From assembly GCA_012727915.1 (NCBI GenBank), contig JAAYGD010000040.1, positions 1 to 24,000 of the forward strand: 24,000 bases of DNA, written 5' to 3'. The position numbers and the translations under genes were made by a program. This DNA is from Mycoplasmatota bacterium. Its GTDB lineage: Bacteria; Bacillota_I; Bacilli_A; RF39; UBA660. The first letter of the stretch is position 1. The number at the start of each line of letters is the position of its first letter. Shown here piece by piece: positions 1-7,914 of the stretch. The notes below the pieces were generated by a model that did no database searches, was not told where the DNA came from, and worked only from the letters and a program-made list of their open reading frames with translations.

Positions 1-17
1 AAATAGTGCTTTGACTA

Positions 18-443
18 ATGAATAGTATTTATGAAAAGGCTTTAAACTTTAAAAACAAATATTCTTCAACAGTAGCATTTAGAATAAAAAAACATTCAAA
101 GGTTGCGTTGAATCATTTAGATCAAGGAGAAACCGTAGAATATGTGTTTGTCGGTCAAAAAAATGATAAGCATATTCAAATGCCAAATACTTTTGTTTTT
201 GCACTAACAAACAAAAGAATGTTGCTTTCAAAGAAAAGAGTATTTTTTGGATATTTGTTTTATGCAATAACTCCAGATATGCTAAATGATGTTAAAGTAA
301 AAGCTAATATTTTTTGGGGAAAAATTATTATTGATACAGTTAAAGAGCTTGTTACAATATCTAATTTATCAAAAAGATCATTAGATGAAATTGAAACTGC
401 AATTACTAAGTATATGATTGAAAAAAAGAACTTTATTGTATAG
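18..443 (+). CDS. bacterial PH-domain-like (bPH / YokE-like) protein, function unknown
   Basis: 141-aa ORF. The pattern LDQGETVEYVF...FVFALTNKRMLL...WGKIIIDT...ISNL resembles bacterial pleckstrin-homology domain proteins. The start lies 17 nt from the window edge, so upstream signals are not visible. Confidence 0.4.
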   Translation: MNSIYEKALNFKNKYSSTVAFRIKKHSKVALNHLDQGETVEYVFVGQKNDKHIQMPNTFVFALTNKRMLLSKKRVFFGYLFYAITPDMLNDVKVKANIFWGKIIIDTVKELVTISNLSKRSLDEIETAITKYMIEKKNFIV

Positions 444-453
444 AGTTCTTTTT
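425..453 (+). terminator. weak hairpin overlapping the stop of the bPH gene
   Basis: AAAGAACT (425-432) pairs with AGTTCTTT (444-451), with an 11-nt loop and a short T-run. It is AT-rich and has a large loop, so efficiency is doubtful. Confidence 0.3.
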
Positions 454-471
454 ATAAAAAAAGGAGAAAAT

Positions 472-1152
472 ATGGATATTTTAAAGCAAAAAGAAAAAGG
501 AAATTTGGTAGTAATTTCCGGACCTTCTGGAACTGGTAAAGGATGTATTATTAAAGAAGTAATGAATAGAAATCCTAATATATGGTATTCGGTATCTGCA
601 ACTTCAAGAGAAATAAGACCGGGAGAAATAGAAGGAGTAAATTATTATTATTTATCAAGGGATAAGTTTGAAAAGAAAATAAAGACTAATTTTTTTCTTG
701 AATATACTGAATATAATGGTAACTATTATGGAACTCCTAAAAAATATATAAATGATAAATTAAAACAAGGAAAAGATGTAATATTAGAAATAGAAATTAA
801 TGGAGCATTAAAAATAAAAGAATTAGTTAAAGATGCTGTTTTTATATTTATATTGCCTCCTAGTTTAAAAGAACTAATAAATAGATTAGAAAAAAGAGGA
901 ACTGAATCAAAAGATGTAATTCTAAATAGATTTAAATCGGCATATAAAGAAATTAATGAAATAAAAAAATATAACTATGTCGTAATTAATGATAATTTGG
1001 AAGACGCAATAAATAAAGTCGACGCTATATTTAGAGCAGAAAGATGTAGAGTGGATAGAATTGAAGAAATATATTTGAACACTGAAGAAGAAGTAATGCA
1101 TGAACTATTAATTGATTATGAAAATATAAACAACAATCCTAGAAATTTATGA
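472..1152 (+). CDS. gmk: guanylate kinase
   Basis: P-loop VISGPSGTGKG and FLEYTEYNGNYYGTPK are typical of Gmk. I start at ATG 472, preceded by AAGGAGAAAA, rather than at ORF-track position 418, which overlaps the upstream gene. Stop codon is TGA. Confidence 0.9.
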   Translation: MDILKQKEKGNLVVISGPSGTGKGCIIKEVMNRNPNIWYSVSATSREIRPGEIEGVNYYYLSRDKFEKKIKTNFFLEYTEYNGNYYGTPKKYINDKLKQGKDVILEIEINGALKIKELVKDAVFIFILPPSLKELINRLEKRGTESKDVILNRFKSAYKEINEIKKYNYVVINDNLEDAINKVDAIFRAERCRVDRIEEIYLNTEEEVMHELLIDYENINNNPRNL

Positions 1153-1200
1153 TTAAAAAAAGGAAAAAGTATAGTATAATTAATAATAGGAAGTGGTAAT

Positions 1201-2766
1201 GTGATACTAAGAAAACCATATGCTTTCATTATTAAGCATTTTAAAAAGATTCATATTTTATTATTTATATTAATGTCTTATGGTATTTATAAAACAAATA
1301 ATATATCATCTTTTTTTGCTAGTTACGTTAGAAATTCAACTGGTTTTTATGAGAGCACTTTGGCTAAAACTTACGCTAACCCATTGTTTTATTTTATTTG
1401 CTTTTTAATAGCTATACTTTCTTTAATACTGTTAATATTAATGAAGCAAAAGGAAAAACCCACTAAGTTATATTTTATTATAACTTTGTTATATATAGGA
1501 GTAATTATTTTAATTTCTATGGATAGTGGTTATTTAAGAACTATAAATTTTGAACAATTATCTCCTAGAAATAGTAGATTATTAAGAGATATTAATTTAA
1601 TTGCGCTGTTTCCTCAAATTGTATTAATATTTTTAGTACTTATTAGGGCAATTGGTTTTAATATAAAGAAGTTTAATTTTGCAAAAGATATTGAAGACTT
1701 AAATATTGATGTATCAGATAACGAAGAATTTGAGTTAACGTTTGGAACCAATCCTGATAAATTGAATAGAATATTAAGGAAGAATCAAAGAGAATTAAAA
1801 TATTTTTATCTTGAACATAAACCAATGATTTTAGGAATATTATTATCTTTATTTTTGTTTTTAGGGTGGACAGTATATTATAGAGTTATAGTTTTGAATA
1901 AAATATTTAATCAAAATGAAGTAGTAAGAATAAATAATATCTCTTATAAAATAGAAGGTTTTTATAGTTCGAATTTAAATTATAGGAGTGAAAATATAAC
2001 TGAGGGAAATAATATATTCTTAATTTTAAAATTAAGAATATATAACGGAAATGAATACAATATTAAATTAAATACTGAAAATATGAGAATTATAATTGGT
2101 GAGAATATATATCTTCCAATCATTAGAAAATATGATGAATTTAAAGATATAGGGAATGGTTATGAAGATAATATTATAGATGGCGATAGTGAGGCTTCAT
2201 ATATATTTGTATATAGTGTTCCTAATCAAGAGCTGTCAAAGAATATGTTGTTAAGATATGCAGAAAGAATTAGTTTTGATGTAAACGGAGTTACAAATAG
2301 GTATTTAAAATATTATATAAAACCAGAGTCATTAGATGAAGTATCAATATTTCCAATTGCAGAATTGGGGAAAGAAGTTAATTATACGATTTCTAACTTG
2401 AAAAACACTAAATTAAAAATCAATTCATTTGAGACAAATATTAAGTTTTCTTATGGAATCGATAATATAATTAATGTAATAAATGATCCTATGGATAATA
2501 GAATTATTATGAAAATAGTATATGACTATACTCCGGATGAAAGTGTTCAATATGTAAGTTCATTTGAAAAGCTTATGAAAGAACACGGAAGCATAAGATA
2601 TTATAAACAAGGGAAAGAATATGTTATTAATTATAAAGATGTTACTCCTTCAAAAAATATATTATCTATTGCTTATTATTCGGTTTTAGATGACATAGTT
2701 AATGCGGAAAAAATTGAACTAGTAATTAAGATAAGAAATTTAATTTATATACACAAATTAAAATGA
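1201..2766 (+). CDS. polytopic membrane protein with a large beta-rich extracytoplasmic C-terminal region (DUF4352-like?), function unknown
   Basis: GTG start preceded by AGGAAGTGG. About 5 hydrophobic helices fall in the first 226 aa (for example LFYFICFLIAILSLILLILM and MILGILLSLFLFLGWTVYY). The remaining ~290 aa are N/Y/I-rich, with segments such as NIFLILKLRIYNGNEYNIKL that resemble DUF4352-type beta-sandwiches. I recognise no catalytic motif. Confidence 0.55.
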   Translation: MILRKPYAFIIKHFKKIHILLFILMSYGIYKTNNISSFFASYVRNSTGFYESTLAKTYANPLFYFICFLIAILSLILLILMKQKEKPTKLYFIITLLYIGVIILISMDSGYLRTINFEQLSPRNSRLLRDINLIALFPQIVLIFLVLIRAIGFNIKKFNFAKDIEDLNIDVSDNEEFELTFGTNPDKLNRILRKNQRELKYFYLEHKPMILGILLSLFLFLGWTVYYRVIVLNKIFNQNEVVRINNISYKIEGFYSSNLNYRSENITEGNNIFLILKLRIYNGNEYNIKLNTENMRIIIGENIYLPIIRKYDEFKDIGNGYEDNIIDGDSEASYIFVYSVPNQELSKNMLLRYAERISFDVNGVTNRYLKYYIKPESLDEVSIFPIAELGKEVNYTISNLKNTKLKINSFETNIKFSYGIDNIINVINDPMDNRIIMKIVYDYTPDESVQYVSSFEKLMKEHGSIRYYKQGKEYVINYKDVTPSKNILSIAYYSVLDDIVNAEKIELVIKIRNLIYIHKLK

Positions 2767-2790
2767 TATAATAAAATTTAGGGAGTAAAT

Positions 2791-3915
2791 ATGATTTATT
2801 TAGATTATTCGGCCACAACTATGATAGATGATGAAGTTCTTAAAAGTTTTAATTTGGTTGCAAAGGAATATTTTGCAAATTCTAATTCTATTCATAAATT
2901 AGGAATTAGAACTAAAGAATTGATTGAAGAAGCAAATAAACAAGTTGCAAATGAATTGGGAGTTAGTGAAGATGAGATAATATACACTTCTAGTGCTTCT
3001 GAATCAAATAATATGGCTATCAAAGGGATATGTAACAAATACAAGGAAAAAGGGAAACACATTATTACTGGACCTCTTGAACATTCTTCAATTGTAGCAA
3101 CGCTTAATTACATGATTAGTTTGGGATATGAGGTATCTATTTTAAAACTTAAAAAAGATGGAACAATTGACATGAAACACTTAAAAAGTTTAATTAGAGA
3201 TGATACTATTTTAGTAACTATTGCTGCAGTTGATAGTGAATTGGGAATAAGACAGAACGTTGAGGAAATTGGAGAATATTTGAAAAAAAATACAAAATGT
3301 TTTTTTCACGTAGATATGACTCAATGTATAGGAAAAGATATAATTCGCTTAGATAATATTGATTTAGCATCTTTTTCAGGACATAAAATATATTGTTTTA
3401 AGGGAATTGCAGCTTTATATAAAAAAAAGAATATTATAATTGAACCGTTAATCCATGGAGGAAAAAGTACTACTATATATAGAAGTGGTACACCTCAAAC
3501 AGAATTAATAGTGTCTTTTTCCAAGGCATTAAGGTTATCATTAAATGATATTGAAAATAAATATAAATATATTTTAAAGTTAAATAAAATGATTAAAGAA
3601 GATTTAAAAAAATATAAAAACATATCAATAAATAGCACAAATAAATCAATACCACACATATTAAATATTAGTATAATTGGAATAAAACCGGAAACCTTTG
3701 TTCATGCTTTGGAAGAATTTGATATATATGTTTCAACAAAGAGTGCTTGTTCTAAAAGCGGAGAAATATCTCATTCAGTAATGGCTTTAACAAAAGATGA
3801 AATAAGAAGTAGCCATTCTATTAGAATAAGTTTATCTTATAGAACAACTGAAGAAGAAGTAGCTCAATTTTTAAGATTATTTAAAATATGTTATCAAAAT
3901 TTGAGTTGGAAGTAA
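2791..3915 (+). CDS. cysteine desulfurase (class V aminotransferase, NifS/IscS-like)
   Basis: N-terminal IYLDYSATT, PLP-lysine motif SFSGHKIY, and catalytic-Cys loop STKSACS near the C-terminus. RBS is AGGGAG. Confidence 0.88.
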   Translation: MIYLDYSATTMIDDEVLKSFNLVAKEYFANSNSIHKLGIRTKELIEEANKQVANELGVSEDEIIYTSSASESNNMAIKGICNKYKEKGKHIITGPLEHSSIVATLNYMISLGYEVSILKLKKDGTIDMKHLKSLIRDDTILVTIAAVDSELGIRQNVEEIGEYLKKNTKCFFHVDMTQCIGKDIIRLDNIDLASFSGHKIYCFKGIAALYKKKNIIIEPLIHGGKSTTIYRSGTPQTELIVSFSKALRLSLNDIENKYKYILKLNKMIKEDLKKYKNISINSTNKSIPHILNISIIGIKPETFVHALEEFDIYVSTKSACSKSGEISHSVMALTKDEIRSSHSIRISLSYRTTEEEVAQFLRLFKICYQNLSWK

Positions 3916-3918
3916 TCT

Positions 3919-4182
3919 ATGAAAATAATTAAGATAGGGGCTCTTTGGTGCCCAGGATGTTTAATACTGAATAACAACTTGAAAAAAATAAAAGAAAATT
4001 ATGAAGATATTGAAATAATTGAGTATGATTATGATTTTGATTTGGAAGTTAAAAAATTTAAAGTGGGTAATATTTTGCCAGTATTAATTTTTATGAATGA
4101 TGATAACGAAATATCTAGATTAATTGGGGAAAAATCATATAAAGAAATTATCAATGAAATAGAAAGGATAAGTAATGTTTAG
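3919..4182 (+). CDS. small cytoplasmic thioredoxin-fold protein (WCPGC active site)
   Basis: 87 aa with a canonical WCPGC motif at residues 10-14 and a probable cis-Pro (ILPVLIF). No signal peptide. Starts 3 nt after the desulfurase stop, and its stop overlaps the next gene's ATG. Confidence 0.75.
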   Translation: MKIIKIGALWCPGCLILNNNLKKIKENYEDIEIIEYDYDFDLEVKKFKVGNILPVLIFMNDDNEISRLIGEKSYKEIINEIERISNV

Positions 4183-5338
4183 AAAGATTTTAATACTATT
4201 ATTATTTTTATTTGTTTTTTCTTATAAGGTAAATGCTAAAGAAATAGATATTCATTTGTTTTATCAAGATGGATGTCCACATTGTCAAAATGAAAAAGAG
4301 TATTTAAGTAATTTATCAAAAGAAAATCAAGATATTAACATTAATTTATATGAAATAGGTATTCAAAAAAATAGTGATCTTTTATATGGTATACAGAATT
4401 TATTGGATAAGCCATCTAACTATATTCCTTATACAGTAATTGGAGAATATGCCTTAGTAGGATTTGTTCCAGAAGATATTGAACATGTAATTAATATTTA
4501 TGAAAAAGAAGAATATATTGATGTTGTATCAAAATATATAGAAGATCCAAATTATAAACTTGAAAAAGAAGAAGTTAAAGAAGAAAAAGAAACTTTTAAT
4601 TTACCTATTTTAGGCGAAGTAAATGCAAAAGAATCATCATTATTATTAATAGCAGTTGTAATTGGATTTGTGGATGGATTTAATCCGTGTGCAATGTGGA
4701 TTTTATTATTTTTAATTACTATGCTAATTGGAATGAAAGATAAAAAAAGAATGTGGATATTAGGTTCTACTTTTATATTTGTTTCTGCTTTTATATATAT
4801 GATTTTTATGTTAGCTTGGTTAAATATTGCAATGTTTGCTACAAAGATATCTATTATTAGATTAATTATAGGATTATTTGCGTTAGTATTTGGCTTATAT
4901 AATATAAGTAAGTTTGTAAAGAAACCCGAAAGCGGATGTGAAGTTGTAGATGATAAAAAAAGGAATAATATTATTGATAGAATAAAAAACATTACTTCTA
5001 ATAAAAAATTAATTGTTTCTTTATTAGGAATAAGTTTATTGGCAGTTTCTGTTAATGTTATTGAATTATTATGTTCTGCTGGATTACCTTTTACTTATAC
5101 AAATATTCTTGCAATGAATGAATTATCAGGATTAAGTTATTCTATTTATATTTTGGTATATATATTTTTCTTTATGTTAGATGACTTTATAATCTTTGCA
5201 ATTGCAATGATAAGTTTTAAAGTTACAGGAATTTCTACAAAATACTCTAGATATTCAAGCCTAATAGGTGGTATAATAATGTTATTAATTGGTTTATTAA
5301 TGATATATAAACCAGAATTATTGATGTTCAATTTTTAG
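4175..5338 (+). CDS. fusion of a secreted Trx/Grx-like domain (CPHC) with a 6-TM CcdA/DsbD-like thiol-disulfide transporter domain
   Basis: Signal peptide MFRKILILLLFLFVFSYKVNA|KE. A Trx-fold follows, with the CPHC motif and cis-Pro IPYTVIG, then a KE-rich linker. About six TM helices come next, with single Cys residues in TM1 (GFNPCAMW) and TM4 (ELLCSAGLPF), which is the CcdA/DsbD arrangement. ATG 4175 overlaps the upstream stop (4180-4182). Confidence 0.6.
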   Translation: MFRKILILLLFLFVFSYKVNAKEIDIHLFYQDGCPHCQNEKEYLSNLSKENQDININLYEIGIQKNSDLLYGIQNLLDKPSNYIPYTVIGEYALVGFVPEDIEHVINIYEKEEYIDVVSKYIEDPNYKLEKEEVKEEKETFNLPILGEVNAKESSLLLIAVVIGFVDGFNPCAMWILLFLITMLIGMKDKKRMWILGSTFIFVSAFIYMIFMLAWLNIAMFATKISIIRLIIGLFALVFGLYNISKFVKKPESGCEVVDDKKRNNIIDRIKNITSNKKLIVSLLGISLLAVSVNVIELLCSAGLPFTYTNILAMNELSGLSYSIYILVYIFFFMLDDFIIFAIAMISFKVTGISTKYSRYSSLIGGIIMLLIGLLMIYKPELLMFNF

Positions 5339-5349
5339 GAGGTAAAAAA

Positions 5350-5769
5350 ATGATTCAAGAATTCAAGAAATTTATTTTTAGAGGAAACGTTGTTGATTTA
5401 TCAATAGGTATTATTATTGGAGGGGCTTTTACAGGTATTGTTAATTCGTTAGTAAATAATGTTATTATGCCTTTCTTAGGAGTACTTACTGCTGGGGTTA
5501 ATTTTGAAGCAATTAAATGGGACTTAGGTTGGTTAGCAAAGGCCTTAGGTAATCCTGTTCCTGAAGAGGGTGTTTATATGTCAATTGGATTATTTATTAA
5601 TGGAATAGTTCAATTCTTGATAATGGCTTTGGTGGTATTCTTAATGGTTAAATTAATTAATAAAGTAAAAGATAAGAAAGTAAAAGAAGAAGAAAAACCC
5701 GCTTCTAAACCAGAAGATGTTCAATTATTAGAACAAATATTAAAAGAAATGAAAAAACAAAAGAAATAA
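5350..5769 (+). CDS. mscL: large-conductance mechanosensitive channel
   Basis: N-terminus FKKFIFRGNVVDLSIGIIIGGAF, a second TM helix and a charged KE-rich C-terminal helix. Length is 139 aa. RBS is GGAGG. Confidence 0.9.
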   Translation: MIQEFKKFIFRGNVVDLSIGIIIGGAFTGIVNSLVNNVIMPFLGVLTAGVNFEAIKWDLGWLAKALGNPVPEEGVYMSIGLFINGIVQFLIMALVVFLMVKLINKVKDKKVKEEEKPASKPEDVQLLEQILKEMKKQKK

Positions 5770-5807
5770 TAATTTTATATATAATATAACTTTTGAAAGG
5801 AGAAATC

Positions 5808-7400
5808 ATGAAGAAAGTTATATTTTTATTTTTAGCAATTTTTTTAATGAAAACAAATGTTATAGCAAAAGAGTTTATAGATAATGAATATTTAAATATA
5901 TATTTTAATGGTATATATGAAGGCAATATAATTTCAGATAATTTTATGTACAAAGAACACGAAGGTATTCCGGTTTATTGTATAGATTTTAGTTTGCCAA
6001 TTTCAGTTGATGAAGGTTATGAGATTAGTAATTTTTCTGATTACAAATCTTTAACAGTTAATCAAAGAATATATATTGAATTAATATCGTTTTTTGGATA
6101 TAAATATTATAATCGTAACGATATTTATTATTATCTTGCAACTCAAGAATTGATATGGAGTTCACTAGGAGTTGATACTTATTGGACTTATTCTCAATAT
6201 GGAAATAATCCCATAAATTTAGATCAATATAAATTAGACATATTAAATACTTATAGTGATTATTTAAATGAGAATTACAATTTTGATGAATATTATTCTT
6301 TTGAAATAGGAAATTCTTATTATATCGAATATCCAAAAACCTCTTTACCTAACTATGAGTATTATTATTCAGGAATTAATAATGTTGTATTTGATGAGTA
6401 TGGGATAACATTTAACGCTAATTATAAAACAAGTACAACAATAGTATTATTGAGAAATTTTGATAGAGGATATGAGTCAAAAGTATTTATTGAACCTGGT
6501 TATCAGACAATTGTAAAAACAGGAAGTTTAAAGTCTAAGAAGAAAACATTAAATATTAATGTAAATAATATTGATATATATTTAAAAAGAATTAATTTGG
6601 GAGATACAAATAACAAATACTTGCAATTAAATTCAGCAATATATGAAATATATGATGGCAATATGAATTATATTCAAAATGCAATAACAGATGAATATGG
6701 AGATGCAATAATACCAAATCTTCCTTTAGGTAGTTATGTTATAAAAGAAATACAATCAAGTTATGGTTTTGAACCATATGAAGAAAATATTTATAAAACA
6801 TTAGATTGGGGATTAACATATAATATAATTGAGGTCGAAGTGAAACCAATTACTAAAAAAATCAGCATTACTAATTTGTATCGAATTAATGGTATTGATT
6901 ATTTTGATTCAAATATTAAATTTAATATATATAGAGATGGAAATTTAATTGAAGAACTTAGCACTAATAATGAAGGATATGTATCAACTTTTTTAGAATA
7001 TGGAAATTATCAAGTAACACAGGTAACTAGTAGAGAAGATTTTGAATTGGAACCATCATTTGAAATAGTAATTAATGAATTTGATAATAAGTTAGATTAT
7101 ATTTTTATTAAAGAAAGAAATATTGAGACAGAAGATATACCTATAAATGAAGATATAGAAGAAGAAAATATTGAAATAAACAATGAAAATAATCAGGAAG
7201 AATTAATTGATTCTATAAATCAAGATAATATTGAAAATATAGTGGAAAACATTCCTATTGAACAAATAAATATTACAACTGAATTAGAATATGAAGAAAA
7301 AATAGATTTAGATATTAAAGAGCTACCTCAACTTTATGAAAACAAAAATATTTTGGAAATTATATGCGAAAGCTTATTTGTGTTTTTGTTTTATTATTAA
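5808..7400 (+). CDS. secreted thioester-domain (TQXA-type) surface adhesin with two CnaB/SpaA-like domains
   Basis: Start at ATG 5808 after AAAGGAGAAATC; the ORF-track TTG at 5793 is unlikely. Signal peptide MKKVIFLFLAIFLMKTNVIA|KE. VYCIDF (Cys codon 5979-5981) and YYLATQELIWS (Gln codon 6144-6146) lie 55 residues apart, giving the Cys...TQxxIW thioester signature. Two CnaB-like segments follow (YEIYDGN...GSYVIKEIQSSYGFEP and FNIYRDGN...GNYQVTQVTSREDFELEP), then an acidic E/N/I stalk. The C-terminus is ELPQLYENKNILEIICESLFVFLFYY. Confidence 0.65.
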   Translation: MKKVIFLFLAIFLMKTNVIAKEFIDNEYLNIYFNGIYEGNIISDNFMYKEHEGIPVYCIDFSLPISVDEGYEISNFSDYKSLTVNQRIYIELISFFGYKYYNRNDIYYYLATQELIWSSLGVDTYWTYSQYGNNPINLDQYKLDILNTYSDYLNENYNFDEYYSFEIGNSYYIEYPKTSLPNYEYYYSGINNVVFDEYGITFNANYKTSTTIVLLRNFDRGYESKVFIEPGYQTIVKTGSLKSKKKTLNINVNNIDIYLKRINLGDTNNKYLQLNSAIYEIYDGNMNYIQNAITDEYGDAIIPNLPLGSYVIKEIQSSYGFEPYEENIYKTLDWGLTYNIIEVEVKPITKKISITNLYRINGIDYFDSNIKFNIYRDGNLIEELSTNNEGYVSTFLEYGNYQVTQVTSREDFELEPSFEIVINEFDNKLDYIFIKERNIETEDIPINEDIEEENIEINNENNQEELIDSINQDNIENIVENIPIEQINITTELEYEEKIDLDIKELPQLYENKNILEIICESLFVFLFYY

Positions 7401-7873
7401 TTGTATTTATTATTGAAAAATCTATTAGTTTAAATAAAATTAATTATATTAAAGAAAACTATTATAAAGATAAGATGGATATTTATCTTATTACAATTGA
7501 AAAAATTAATATTAAGAATATTATTAAAGAGGACACTATTAAATCTGAAAAAATAAAGGATATAGTTTTGTTCAAAGAATATGGTAAGCCAAATATAAAA
7601 AATAGTAATACAATTATTGGAGCTCATTCTGGAAATGGAAGAAACTCATTTTTTACTAATTTAATTAATATTGAAATTGATGATGAGATAAAATTATATT
7701 ATAAAGAAATTGAATATATTTATAAAGTAATAGATAAATTTTATATAATTGAAAGTGATTTTAAAATTTTAAATAACATAAAAAATAAAACTACTTTGAC
7801 ACTATTTACTTGTAATGAAGATAATAATAAATATAGATTAATTGTGGTATCTGAGTTGATTGACTTTATATAA
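7364..7873 (+). CDS. sortase family cysteine transpeptidase (small, 169 aa)
   Basis: N-terminal membrane anchor MRKLICVFVLLLIVFII. Catalytic His context TIIGAHSG, TLxTC motif TLTLFTC, and a downstream conserved Arg (KYRLIVV). Overlaps the adhesin 3' end by 37 nt in another frame. Confidence 0.75.
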   Translation: MRKLICVFVLLLIVFIIEKSISLNKINYIKENYYKDKMDIYLITIEKINIKNIIKEDTIKSEKIKDIVLFKEYGKPNIKNSNTIIGAHSGNGRNSFFTNLINIEIDDEIKLYYKEIEYIYKVIDKFYIIESDFKILNNIKNKTTLTLFTCNEDNNKYRLIVVSELIDFI

Positions 7874-7914
7874 TATTAAAGATATAATTAATTATAATGT
7901 AAGGAGTTGATGAT

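Noticed and set aside
2-10. The 9-mer AATAGTGCT occurs at 2-10 and again at 15742-15750, inside the terminator loop.
   Set aside because: It is too short to be significant in 24 kb read on both strands. The flanks share no similarity.
418-471. N-terminal extensions given in the ORF track for gmk (418), the adhesin (5793 TTG), pduL (10979), pgk (20620) and tpiA (21815).
   Set aside because: In each case an internal ATG has a proper Shine-Dalgarno sequence 5-9 nt upstream and gives an N-terminus matching the family. The extensions overlap the upstream gene, a terminator or a promoter region.
1150-1152. Possibility of Mollicute-type code 4 (TGA read as Trp), given the extreme AT content.
   Set aside because: Conserved Trp positions such as WCPGC, YEPVWAIGT and WYDNEMGY use TGG. 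TGA falls where gmk, the 521-aa protein, pduL and the DUF1450 protein are expected to end. The Spo0A domain and sortase also argue for a walled Firmicute using code 11.
7130-7320. Repetitive-looking gaa/aat/ata-rich DNA near the 3' end of the adhesin gene, considered as a tandem repeat or CRISPR-like array.
   Set aside because: It is in-frame low-complexity coding sequence for the E/N/I acidic stalk. It has no regular repeat unit and no spacer structure.
7320-7420. The adhesin and sortase as one gene split by a frameshift at the T-runs (7383-7391), or programmed frameshifting producing an adhesin-sortase fusion.
   Set aside because: Both ORFs are complete on their own. The sortase has its own ATG and N-terminal anchor, and I know of no adhesin-sortase fusion architecture. 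T-rich DNA encodes hydrophobic peptides in any frame, so the overlap needs no special mechanism. I kept only the overlap itself as a low-interest finding.
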